A stretch of DNA of 64,000 nucleotides from the human T2T-CHM13v2.0 reference genome, Homo sapiens: NCBI RefSeq assembly GCF_009914755.1, contig NC_060925.1; one strand, written 5' to 3'. Below, one piece after another: positions 1-12,876 of the stretch. How positions within the stretch are numbered: position 1 is the first letter of the stretch; each line of letters starts with the position of its first letter. Below the pieces are notes generated by a model. The model had not been told where the DNA came from and did no database searches. It saw only the letters and a program-made list of their open reading frames with translations. Made by a program: the position numbers and the translations under genes.

Positions 1-3000
1 CAGGCATAGAAGTTCTTGTACAACTCCTTCCTCAACTCCAGCTAGCACAGCTCACAGTTCTAGGAGAGAATCCTTCCTTCCACTTGAAGAGAGAAGAGGG
101 AAGAGTAGAGGATTTTGTCTTGCAACTTGGATACCAGTTCACCCACAGTTGGATAGGGCAATGGTCAGAATCCTGAGGTCTCCATTCTAGGCCCTACCTC
201 CCACATGACATTTCTAGACACACCCTGGGCCAGAAGGGAACCCACTGCCTTGAAAGGAAGGACCCAGTCCTGGCAGGATTCATCATCTGCCAACTAAAGA
301 GTTCCTAGACTCTGAATAATCAGAAATGGTACCCAGTCAGTACTCACTGTGGGCCTTGAGAGAGACTCAGAGATTTCTTGGCTTCAGGTGTGACCTAGCA
401 CATTCCCAACTGTTCTGGCTATGGTGACATACTCCCTCTGCTTAAGAAAATGAGAGGGAAAAGTACAGGAGACTGAATCTTGAAGCTTAGGTACCAGCTT
501 AGTCACAGTGAGGTAGAACATCAAGTGGGCTCTTGGGGGTTTCTGATTCCAGGTCTTGGCTCCTCAGTGACATTTCTGAACCTGCCCTGAACAAGAGGGG
601 AGCCCATGGTCCTGAAGGGAGAGGCCCAGGTCTTTCAGTATTTATCATAAGCTGACTGAAGGGCCATTGGGCTGTGAGTGAATATCAGTGGTAGCCAGGC
701 AGTACTCACAATGGGTCTGGGGTGGTGGTGGCCATAGGGAAAGGTTGCTCTGTTTGTAGAAAGAAAATAGAAGAGTAGGAAGAACTTTCTTTTGTGGCTG
801 GTGTGCTAGCTTAGCCACAGTAGAATAGAACACTAAGCAGATTCTTAAGGTTCCTGACTCCAGGCCCTCGCTGCCAGATAGCATCTCTGGACCCAGTGGT
901 GCTGGAAGGATCTTGCCACCCTGAAGGGAAAGACACAAGCCTGGCTGTGTTTGCCACTGCTGATTGTAGAACTCTAGGGCCTTGAGTGAACATAGGTAGT
1001 AGCCAAACAGTGGTTACCACAGGCCTTGGGGTAGACCCAGTGCTGTGCTGGTTTCAAGTCTGACTCAACAGAGTCCCAGTGGAGGTGGCCACAGGAGTGC
1101 TTCTGACACCCCTCCTCCTGCTCCAGGCAGCTCAGAGACACAGAGAGAGATTTCATTGGCTTGGGAAAAAGTAAGAGAAAAGAATAAGAGTCTCTGCTCT
1201 TGTTCCAGAAAATTCTTTCTGATATTATCCAAGACCACCAAGGCAGTACCTCTGTAAGTCTGCAAGAGCCATAGCATTACTGGGCCTGGGTTGCCTCTTA
1301 ATGCAGGCATGGCTGCAGTAACCAAAAACTTAGGTCGCAACATCGGAGTTCCTTTGAATACCTGGACAGCCATCCCAAGAAACACAGGTACAAAGAAGCC
1401 CAGACTGTGAAGACTACAATAAATGCTTAATTCATCAATGCTCAGAAACTGACAAATATCCACAGCCACAAGACCATCCAAAAAAACATGATCTCAGACC
1501 AAAAAATTAAATAAGGCATTAGTGACAAATCCTGGAAAAACAGAGATATGTGACTTTTCAGAGAGAAGACTCAAAATAGCTGTTGTGATTATGAGGAAAC
1601 TCAATGAAATACAAGATAAAACAGAGAAGGAATTTAGAATTCTATGAGATAAATTTAACAAAGAAATTGAAATGATTTTTTAAAAAGCAGAAATTCTGGA
1701 GTTGAAAAATACAACTGACATACTGAAAAATGCATCAGAGTCTCTTTACAGCAGAATTAATTAAGCAAAAGAAAGAATTAGTCAGCTGGAAGACAAGCTA
1801 CTTGAAAATACAGTGTCAGACGAGACAAAAGAAAAAGAATAATAAAGAATGAAGCACACCTACAAGATCTAATCCAAAGAAGACTACTTCAAGACATTTA
1901 ATAATCAAGCTCTGGAAAGTCAGGGATAAAGAAGAAATCCTAAAAGCTGCAAGAGAAAAGAAAATGATAACGTACTATGGAGCTCCAATACATCTGGCAG
2001 CAGACTTCTCAGTGGAAACTTTATAGGCCACAGGAGAATGGCATGACATATTTAAAATGTTGAAGGACAAAACAAACAAACAAACAAACAAAAACTTGTA
2101 TCCTAGAATAGTATATCCAGCAACAATATTCTTCAAATATGAAGGAGAAATAAAGATTTTCCCAGACAAGCAAAAGCCGAGAGATTTTATCAACACCTGT
2201 CTCACAAGAAATGCTAAATGGAGTTCTTCAGTCTGAAATAAAGGGACGTTACTGAGCAATAAGAAATCATCTAAAGGTACAAAGATAGCTGGTAATAGTA
2301 AATATTAAAAAAGCAATATTATCACTGTAATTGTGGTGCATAAACTATTCATATCTTGAGTAGAAAGACTAAAAGATGAACTGATCAAAAATAATAACTA
2401 CAACAACTTTTCAAGACATAGACAGTAAAATAAGACATAAATAGAAACAACAAGAAGTTAAAAAGCATAGGATAAAGGTAGAGGTTTTATTAGTTTCTTC
2501 TTTGATAGTTTTACTAGTTTTCTCTTTGTTTTTTGTTCAATCAGTGTTAAGTTGTCATCAGTTTAAAGTAATGAGTTATAAGATAGTCTTTGCAAATCTC
2601 ATGGTAACCTCAAATCAAAAAACATACAATAGATACACAAAAAATAAAAAAGCAAGAAATTAAAACATACAAAGAAACTCACCTTGACTATAAGGAAGAC
2701 AGGAAAGAAGGTAAGAAGGAAGAGAAGACCACAAAACAACTAGAAAACAACAAACTGGCAGGAGTAAGTTTTACTTACCAAGAATAATGTTAAATGTAAG
2801 TGGACTAAATTATCCAATTAAAGACATAGAAAGGTTGAATGAATAAAAAAAAAAAAGATTCAACCATTTGTTGCCTACAGGAAACACACTTTACCCATAA
2901 AGACACACATAGACTTAAAGGGATGGAAAAAGATATTCTATATCAGTGGAAATCAAGAAAAGAGCAGGAGTAGCTAAACTTATGTTAGACAAAATAGCAT

Positions 3001-6000
3001 TCAAGCCAAAATTATACAAAGAGTCAAAGAATATTATTATATAATGATAAAGGGTTAATTCAACAAGTGGATATAACTATCGTAAATATATATGCACCCA
3101 ACACTGGAACACCCAGGTATATAATGCAAATGTTATTAGAGCAAAGAGGGAGATAGACCCCCAATACAATAATAACTAGAGACATCAATACCCCACTTCC
3201 AGCATTGGACAGATCATCTGGACAAAAAGTCAACAAAGAAATATCAAATTTAATCTGCACTATAGAATAAATGGGCCTAATAGATACTTGCAGAACATTT
3301 TATCCAATGGCTGCAGAATGCATATTCCTCTCCCCAGCACATAGGTCATCCTCAAGGATAAACTATATGTTAGGTCACAAAAAAGTCTTAAACATTTCAA
3401 AAAAAAAAAACTGAAGTAATATCAAGAAGCTTCTCTGACCATGACGGAATGAAACTAGAAATCAATAAAAGGAAGAATTTTGGAAACTATACAAACATAT
3501 GAAAATTAAGCAACATGCTCCTGAATGAACAATGGGTCAATGAAGAAATCAGTAAGAAAATTTAAAAAATTCTTGAAACAAATGATAATAGAAAGAAAAT
3601 ATACCAAAAGCTATGGGATACAGCAAAAGCAGTAATACTTAGAGGAAAGTTTATAGCTATAAATGCCTACATCAAACAAGTAGAAAAACATCAAATTAAC
3701 ATTTTAATTATGCATCTTAAGGACAAAGTGAAAGCGAAAGCAAAGCAAGAGCAAACCAAATCCAAAATTAGTAGAAGAAAAGGAATAATAAAGATCAAAG
3801 CAGATACAAATGAAATTGAAATAAAAAATATGTAAATGATAAATAAACCTAAAAACTGATATTTTGAAAAAATAAATTGATAAAACCTTAGTCAGACTAA
3901 GTAAAAAGGACGGAAAATACAAATAAATAAAATCAGAAGTGAAAAATATGTTATAACCAATACTGAAGAAACCCAAAGAATCATTAGAGTATACTATGAG
4001 CAACTATATGCCCAATAAATTGGAAAATCTAGAAGGAATAAATGTATTCCTAGACATTCCTAGACCTTGGTAGGTCCCTACAACCTACCAACATTGAACT
4101 ATGAAGAAATCCAAAACCTAAACAATCTAATAACAAGTAATGAGATGAAAGCCATAATAAAAATCTCCCAGCAAAGAAAAGCCTGGGACTTGATGGCTTC
4201 AGTGCTGAGTTTTACCAAACATTTCAACAAGAACTACTACCAATCCTGCTCAAACTATTCTGAAAAATAGAGGAAGAGGAGATGCTTCCAAACAGAATCT
4301 ATGAAGCCAGTGTTACCCTGACCAAAACCAGACAAAGACACATCAAAAAAAGAAAACTACAGACCAATATCCTTGATGAATATTGATGCAAAAATCTTCA
4401 ACAAAATACCAGCAAACCAAATTCAACAATACATTAAAAAGATCATTTGTCCTGAACAAATGAGATTTAGCCTCGTGATGCAAGGCTGGTTCAACAAATC
4501 CAAATCAATCAATGTGATACATCGTATCAACAGAACAAAGAACAAAAACCATATGACCATTTCAGTTGATGCTGAAAAAGCATTCAATAACATTAAACAT
4601 CCTTTCATAATAAAAATTCTCAAAAAACTAGGTATAGAAGAAACATACCTCAATATAATAAAAAGCCATATATGACTGATCCACAGCTAGTATCATCCTG
4701 AATAGAGAAATACTGAAAGCCTTTCCTCTAATATTCAGAACATCACAAGGATGTTCACTTTCACAACTGTTATTCAACGTAGTACTGGAAGTCCTAGCTA
4801 GAGCATTCAGACAAGAGAAAAAAACAAAAAGCACCGAAATTTTAAAGAAAGAAGTCAAATTATCCTTGTTTGCAGATTATATGATCTCGTATTTGGAAAA
4901 CCCTAAAGACTTCACACCAAAACTACGAGAACTGGTAAACGAATTCAGTAAAGTTGCAAGACATGAAATCAACACACAAACATCAACAGCATTTGTTGGG
5001 AATGGGCCCCCAAATCTGGCCATAAACTGGCCACCAAACTGGCCATAAACAAAATCTCTGCAGCAGTACGACATGTTCGTGATGGCCGTGAAGCCCATGC
5101 TGGAAGCTTGTGGATTTACTGGAATGAGGGCAAGGAACACCTGGCCCACCCAGGGTGGAAAACCGCTTGAAGGCGTTCTTAAATCACAAAAAATAACCTG
5201 AGTGATCTGTGCCTTAGGGACATGCTCCTGCTGTAGATAACTAGCCACAGCCCATCCCTTTATTTTGGCCCATCCCTTTGTTTCCTGTAAGGAATGCTTT
5301 TAGTTAATCTATAATCTATAGAAACAATGTTTATCACTGGCTTGTTGTCAATAAATATGTGGGTAAATCTCTGTTCGAGGCTCTCAGCTCTGAAGGCTGT
5401 GAGACCCCTGATTTCCCACTTCCACCTCTATATTTCTGTGTGTGTGTCTTTAATTCCTCTAGTGCCGCTGGGTTAGGGTCTCCCCGACCAAGCTGGTCTC
5501 GGCAGCATTTTTATATTCCAGCAGCAAACAAGCTGAAAAAGAAATCAAGAGTGTAATCTCATTTACAATACCTAAAAATATAATAACATGCATAGGAGTT
5601 AACCAAAGTAGTGAAAGATCTCTACAACTAAAACTATGCAATATTGATGAAAGAAATTAAAGAGGAATCTGAAAATATGGAATATATTATGTTCACTGAC
5701 TGTAAGAATCAATATTGTTAAAATGTCTATACTACTCAAAGCAGTCTATAGATTCAATGAAATCCCCATTAAAATATCAATGACATTCTTCACAGAAATA
5801 GATAAAATAATCTTAAAATTTATATGGAACCACAAAAGACTCAGAATACCCAAAGCTAACCTGAGCAAAAAGAACACAACTGGAAGAATCACATTATCTG
5901 ACTTCAAATTATACTACAAAGCTAACATAACCAAAATAGCATGGTGCTGGCATGAAAACAGACACATAGAGCAGAACAGCATAGAGAACCCAGAAACAAT

Positions 6001-7415
6001 CCACGCACATACAGTGAACTCATTTTCAACAAAGAGGCCAAGAACATACACTGAGGATGGGACAGCTTTTTCAATAAATGGTGCTGAGAAAACTGGATGT
6101 CCATATGCAGAAGAATTGAAACTAGACCCCTATCTTTCACCATATAGAAAATCAAATTAAATTTATTAAAAACTTAGATCTAAGACCTCTGACTATGAAA
6201 CTATTAAAAGAAAACATTTGTGAAACTTTCCAGGATTGGACTGGGGAAAATGTTTTTGAGTGATAACGCACAAGAATAATCAACCTAAGCTAAAATGGAC
6301 AGATGGAATTACGTCAAGTTAAAAAGCTTTGGCAAAGCAAACAAATAAAAAGTGAAGAGACAACCCACAGAATGGGAGAAAATATTTGCAAACTATGCAT
6401 ATGACAAGGGATTAATAACCAGAATATATATAAGTAGTCTAAACAATTCAATAGGAAAAAAACTAATAATCTGATTTAAAAATAGGCAAAGAATCCAAAT
6501 AGATATTTCTCAAAAGAAGACATACAAATGGCAAACAGATATATGAAAAAATCCTTCACATTATTGATCATCAGAAAAATACAAGTCAAAACCACAGTGA
6601 AATATCTTCAGTTAAAATGGCTTGTATCCAAAAGACAGACAATAACAAATGCTTGTGAGGATGTGGAAAAATGAGAACCCTCGTGCACTTGGTTGGAATG
6701 TAAATTAGTAAAACCACTATGGAGATCAGTTTGGAGGTTCCTCACAAAACTAACAATAGAGCTACCATTTGATCCAGCAATCCTACTTCTATGTATATAC
6801 TCAAAAGAAAGAAAATTAGTATATTAAAGAGATATCCTTACTTCCATTTTTATTGCAGCACTATTCATAATAGCCAGAATTAGAAGCAACCTAAGTGTTC
6901 ATCAGTAGACAAATAGAAAAAGAAAATGTGGTACATATATGCAATGGAGTATTATTCAGCCATAAAAAAGAATGAGATTCTGTCATTAACAACAACATGG
7001 CTGGAAATAAAGGCCATTATGTTATGTGAAATAAGCCAGGCACAGGAAAACACACTTAACGTGTTCTTACTTATTTGTGGAAGCTAAAAATTAAAGCAAC
7101 TAAACCCATAAAAATACAGAGTAGAAGGATGATTACCAGAGCCTGGGGAGGGTAGTGTGGGGTGGAGGAAGTGGGATTGTTAATGGATATAAAATATAGT
7201 TAGATAGAATGAAGAAGATCTAATATTTGATAGCACAATATGGTAACTACTGTCAACAATAATTTATTGTCCATTTAAAAATAACTGAAAGAGAATAATT
7301 AGATTGTTTGTGATTATCACTCATTGTATGCCTATATATCAAAATATCTAACACCTAATGTTCATATATTGAATAAATATGTAAACCTACAACAGTTTTT
7401 CGAATATGAAAAAAA
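1..7415 (+). mobile_element. Near full-length old LINE-1 (L1MA1-3 type 3' end, L1M1-type 5' end); ORF1 and ORF2 disrupted
   Basis: Repetitive 5'UTR (1-~1400), ORF1 remnant (~1440-2260) and ORF2 remnants ([11 protein letters not shown] at 4376, FADYMI at 4869, PIKISMTFF at ~5764). 3'UTR 'aaatatagttagatagaatgaagaagatctaatatttgatagcacaa' matches recalled L1MA1-3 consensus. Many stops and frameshifts; interrupted by MER9. Confidence 0.9.
4994..5504 (+). mobile_element. MER9 solo LTR (HERV-K9/HML-3) inserted in L1 ORF2
   Basis: TG...CA ends (tgttggg...ctcggca); 'ctggccataaactggcc..aactggccataaacaaaatctctgcagc' hallmark; AATAAA at ~5350; 5-bp TSD gcatt at 4989-4993 and 5505-5509; L1 is contiguous once it is removed. 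Confidence 0.92.
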
Positions 7416-8264
7416 TCAATAATTCTATATGAACATAAGTAGTTTGTACTTCATGTATTGGTTCACCTCACATTACTACAGTAATTGTATAAGACAATTC
7501 TGATCTTGTTTTCAAAAAGTTTTATTCTATAATCTATTAATTCCTGTAAAACCACCCCAGGAGGTATAGTTTCCTTATATATCATTACTAATTTTATCTA
7601 TTCCAACTTTACCACTACCACTTGCCCTGTTTTTTTTCTCTTCATTTTCTTGGGGAAAAAATATTGAAAAAAAGTTTGTAGGATCTCCTCTAGTCTGCTA
7701 AGCCATCTTTATGAAATCATTTAAAATCATACAAAGAACTTGAATGATCTGAAAAGTTTCCCAAAATGGGATTCCAGTAATTGTCATTTGGCAGGATATT
7801 CATGCTTAAACACAGAGAAGTGGGTTTTGCTTTAGAGTGTCTCAGAAACGTCAACATGATAATATGTGTTATGAGTATAATATGTTATGTTTCTCAAATA
7901 TACTTGACCATAGAGCATCTTATTAACACCTTCTGAAATAGCATCCCATTTACATTTTATCTAGCAGTGTTCTCTGGAACAGTTTGAGAAGTGGTGTTCT
8001 AGTCTAGACAAACCTGTTATGTGATCTATGAGCCACCAGCTCTTGCTATTCCTCATGTACACAGAAATCTAAACAATTTTCTGATATCCTTTTTAATCAT
8101 CATACAACACTAACGAGGAAAGATCCAATAACAAAGAAATAAATTTGTGGTTTTTATAGTGAAGTTTGGTTGGCCTCACACTGGTGTACAAGAGACTTCT
8201 CTGCTCAAACCTCCTCCAGTAGCCCCTAGCCTAATAGCTTGTCAAATCACGATGTAATTCATTC

Positions 8265-8460
8265 CTTCCCCGCCCCCGCCCTCCTTGAACCTGCTGGAAG
8301 AGTTAGTATGTAAATTTCAACCTATTTTTAAGGGTTATTTTCACTCAAGTGAAATCTATCAAGGAAGGAGGGTTATTTTTACAGCATACAGCAACTGCTG
8401 ATCACCATGGCAACCGGCCTGGTGAAATGCAATAAAGCATCCCTCTGTTATCGTAAACAC
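8265..8460. promoter_or_regulatory. Candidate promoter/enhancer motif cluster in non-repetitive DNA
   Basis: Tandem GC boxes 8268-8281, ATGTAAAT 8308-8315, MEF2 site CTATTTTTAA 8322-8331, NKX2 site TCAAGTG 8345-8351, X-box ATCACCATGGCAAC 8401-8414 (13/14 to RFX consensus), FOX site GTAAACA 8453-8459. Motif evidence only. Confidence 0.45.
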
Positions 8461-9825
8461 AAAAGGGAAACACTGAAATCTAAAAGAAAGGCAATTATTG
8501 TAGGGGAAAGAAACAATATGCCAATGGAACATTTGCAATATTGTGTGACTTCACAGAGCTGGACAGTATTTCCAAAGCTAGCTCTGTCCAGCCTTTCAGC
8601 TCTACTAGTTATGACTAAACAAAGGTTGAGTTAAGAGTCCTTGGGAGAAGTTGTTTTTATTTCTAACTGACAAAATCATACATTATTTCAAACTAATATA
8701 AACTTTTTTCTTTTCTCATTTCTTAAATCATACAATGGGCTTAGAAAATATAGACATTAGGAAGTAGGAAAAAAATACCCATATCAGTCTGCTTTTCTTT
8801 TGGGGAATATTTTATTGTTGACAGTGGAATTATGGATAAAAAAAAGAGAACAGTCTGTATAGATCACAGAATTCTTTTATACATAGCTTCTTCTCCTCCC
8901 TTAACTGACTTTTACTGGGGTTATTGGTAAATTCCATGTAGACAAAAGCAGAGACATTGTCAACAACTGCTAAAATTTAGATAGAATAAGCTCTAAGATT
9001 TATGTCAAATTTAGGGAGTCCAGAGTACTTGGAAAACACACAAAAATAAACAAAAGTGAAAGGATATGAATTTTTGTGCCCATATTATAGATTAAGGAGC
9101 TGGGGTCCATAAGTGTTCACATTAAAAATAAGCTGAATACAGATGAGTGTCTTGGAATTACAGAAGGAGCAGTGGATCAAGAATTAAAAGACTAAGGAAA
9201 CTTAACAAATCATTCTGTTTTTTGAGGGTTTCTTCACCTACCCATAGGTTGAGAATCAGTTTTTCCTTTTCCCATAAGGATCACCTCTAACTAGTATATT
9301 TATGACTTAGAGAGGACTGCCCTATGTCTGCTCCCAGGCTGTGACCTTGACCACTGCTCCAATGTGCTGGCTGGCCACCATTCACTTAGCTACAGCTCAT
9401 GGCCTGTAGATCATAGCACACACTCTTCCTCTGATACAAGTCTGCCCCTGCTTCATGGGGCTCTGTGGAGGTGGGCAGGGTGTTTTCCTTCAGATAGCTA
9501 CCATGCTGAGTTTGGGTTTATTGACTTTACTGTATTTGCGTAAAACTAAAGGGAATTACATCATATGAAACAAGACAGTAAAACTGGCAGGTCATATATA
9601 ACAGTTATAGTCTAAGAAAGTACCCAGGGTTAAACATTTCATGTGTACAGTTCAGTTATAAAACTTGCCTTCTAGTCTGTAATTTTCTCTGGAAAACACC
9701 TTCCTCTTGTCTTCTTCTTCTAATTTTTACCACATACATTTCTAGACTCTTGAAAGAGCACTATCTCCTGCTCACAGAAATTGGGCTTATTCCAAGATCC
9801 ATCCTCCTGCCTCCATCAATACATT

Positions 9826-10530
9826 TCATTATTCATTAAACAAATATTTATTAACTGCTTACTATGTGTCAAATAATGACCTATGCCTTGGTGATGTAGC
9901 AATGAAGGAAATAGATGAAAATTTGTGCTTCATAGAGTTTATGTTGTAGGAGAGGAGGTAGAAAATAAATGGATAAACCAAATATGCAATATATCAGATG
10001 AAAATAAGTTTTATGGAAAAGCAAGGAAGAAGCCTGATGAATACAGGATTTCAGGGGAGAATACAATTTTTAACAGGGAATGCTTAAGGAAGACCATATT
10101 GAGATGTTGACATTGGAGTCAAGAACCAAAGGAGATGAGAAAGTATAGCACATAAATAGAAGGAGAAATTAGTATTCCAAGTTACATGAGTAAAAATGCA
10201 CTAGCACTGAGGCAGGAGAATTCCTGGCATGTTCTTGGAGGCTAGTCTAGCTATAGCACAGTGAGTAAAGGGAATAATAGTAGGTGATAAGATGGGGAGT
10301 TGCAGAGGAACAGTTCCTGTGGGTTTACATGTGCCATTGTACGGACTCTGGCATTAAACAGAGGAGTATCATGATCTGATCTATATTTTAATGACATAAC
10401 TTTGGATTTTGTGTTGAGAATACACTGTAGGCAGACAAAGCAGAGAGCCTAATTAGGAGGCTATTGCAATAATCCAGGAGAGAAACAGATGGCAGCTGGG
10501 CAAAGATGATAGCTGAAGTGAAGAAAAGTA
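9826..10530 (-). mobile_element. L2 (L2a-like) 3' fragment
   Basis: 'cattattcattaaacaaatatttattaactgcttactatgtgtc' is the reverse complement of the L2 3' terminus, followed by typical purine-rich antisense L2 sequence. Confidence 0.8.
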
Positions 10531-10797
10531 ATCTTCTACATATATATTTCTATACACCTATGTATTTAAGACATAGACTAAAGGATTTTCTGATGGCTTT
10601 CTAAATCTAAGTTATGGTACCTAAAATAATGTTTCAGTGGCTCAGGCAGGATAGTCCATATTGAATTGTCTAAGTTCAAAAAATATTCCAGGTTGGGAGG
10701 TGGCACTCAAATCTAGCCACCTCTGAAGTTTTCTCATCAGTGAGAGTTACAAACACACCTTTTTATTCTTTTTATGATCCAACAGATATATGTTAGG

Positions 10798-10900
10798 TCT
10801 CTCTCTCTCTCTCATACACACACCAACCCACCACCACCATATACCATGCATACATGCTTGCACACAGATATACATAGATAAACACATATGCACACACAAC
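10798..10900. repeat. (CT)n / CA-rich simple repeat
   Basis: tctctctctctctctc followed by degenerate CA/CAC/TA repeats. Confidence 0.7.
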
Positions 10901-12616
10901 TCACCAGGACAAACAATAATGCTTAAAGATATTTAATGTAAACTACTGCGTCACCAAGTGTGTCCACTGATCAATGATGGCCTCCAGAAAGTAGCCTGCA
11001 ATTTGACAGATGCAGAAAAAAATATAAACGATATCCTTTAATTACATTTCACAAACTTGAAATGTAAAATTATAATTTTTAAAGACATTTGGTAGGAGTC
11101 CTAAAAGACACACATTTTTAAAAAGTCTGAACATGCATCCAGGAATTGCATTGGTAAGTTCACCTTCAATGACATTCACTTAACAGGGTACAGTTCATTT
11201 CAGCCAATGTATTTTCATGTTATTTCCATTTATGTTAAACTTGCATCTCTCTTGTTGCATGCTGTATCTACAATTCTCAAAAACAGGGCAATGTCTCAAA
11301 AGTGGCTTTTGGAAACATAAAGAAGTGATAAAGTAATAACTATAAATACCAGAAGCCATAGTTAGATGAGCTGTGAACAGGACTTTGGTATATACTTCTA
11401 CAAGTCCATCTGTGAGTGTGGGAATTATACCAAGTGGTTTCAAAATTAAAGAGAATATAAAAGTATAAAGATGAATTTCTGAACACTGGATCTTCCTGGA
11501 CTGCAGATGCATTCACCTTCAGTCCTTACTGCCTTATATGTTATTATAAGTAGTGTAAAGTCACTGAAGTTTTGTGTCATTATAGAATGAAGCACAGTAA
11601 ACTTTCCAGAGCATTAATTGTTTCCCCCGAATGAAATGAAAATAATGCCTTACAGTAAAAAAGAAATACATTTTTTATTATCAAAAACAAGGAAGAGAGA
11701 AAACTCTAGAGATGTTATTCAAAGTTACACTCTTTGGATTGGTGAACACCCCATATGGTGCTCAGGCTCTTACCATAAAACTTGTGCAACATTAATGACA
11801 AAGGGATTCCTTAGAGCTAACTCAGAATAAACCACTAGCAATTGTGGAGTTGAATGACACTATTTGGACATCAATGGCACAAAGTGAAAGAGCAAATCCT
11901 ATTGTTTATATCTGGAGGCAGGTATTGAGTTTTATGTGAGGATGAAATGACAGGTGTGAAGAGTATGAAACAGCTCTTAACACGTATCTAGTACCAATAT
12001 GAGGGAGAAATATTAGACGACAATTTTGTTAATCCAAAGGAGCCATGATATATAGACAATCTAATGTTTTTGATTACTTTATAAGACATGATATAAACTG
12101 AAAGTGATACATTGTGATCAATACTAACAGAAAAACAGGTATAGAATAAAAAAGAAGATACACTTGAAGGCCAATCCACACAACGTTATCACCAGAGACT
12201 ATTTATTGGCCAACATGTGGCTTATTATCCCAATTCACTATTGAAAGAAATAGTGAATTGTGAAGATGATCAACTTTTACCCTTTTTTTCAACATGCCAG
12301 GACAGATCATTTCTAAGACAACGCTAGTGGTCTAGTCTTAGTGCATTTCTAGCTCTGCAGTAGTGGCTTGTTCCAGTGGTCGAACTGATGATAAATGGTG
12401 TGCCTACCACTTTGGGCCAAAATATTTAATTTTTTTTTAATGTCAGGGTTGTCTATGGTGCAAACATTTTAATCACCAAAATTTTACTTTTTGTCATTTC
12501 TTGACTTTTGTCACTTAACGAGATCAATAAGCCATTATTTGTAATATTTTAGAGCTATATAAAAATACTGCAGTAATAATGTAAAGAAATACTTTTCAGA
12601 GTTAATGAATTTCCAT

Positions 12617-12876
12617 TTTTATTTTAGATTCAGGGGGTACATGTGCAGGTTTGTTACAAGGGTCTATTGCATGATGCTGAGGTTTGGGCTTCTCTTAATC
12701 CTGTCACACAGACAGTGAACATAGTACCCAATAAGAAGTTTTTCCTGGCCCCCTCACTCCTTCTTCCTCCCACCTTTTGGAGTCCCCAGTCTCTATTATT
12801 TCCATATTTATGTCCATGTGTACCCAAGGTTTAGCTCCCACTTATAAATGAGAACATGCAATATTTGGTTTTCTGT
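12617..12876 (-). mobile_element. L1PA15/16-type 3' UTR fragment
   Basis: 'ttagattcagggggtacatgtgcaggtttgttac...gcatgatgctgaggtttggg...agctcccacttataaatgagaacatgc'. Confidence 0.85.

Noticed and set aside
11145-11165. Isolated strong splice-donor matches (e.g. TTG|GTAAGT ~11153, CAG|GTGAGG on minus at ~25758)
   Set aside because: No convincing paired acceptor or open frame; such matches are expected by chance in 64 kb.
11195-12179. Short ORFs in unique AT-rich DNA (105, 70 and 63 aa; likewise 24520-25207 and 61393-61683)
   Set aside because: No recognisable domain, composition typical of random AT-rich ORFs, and no supporting splice or Kozak context.
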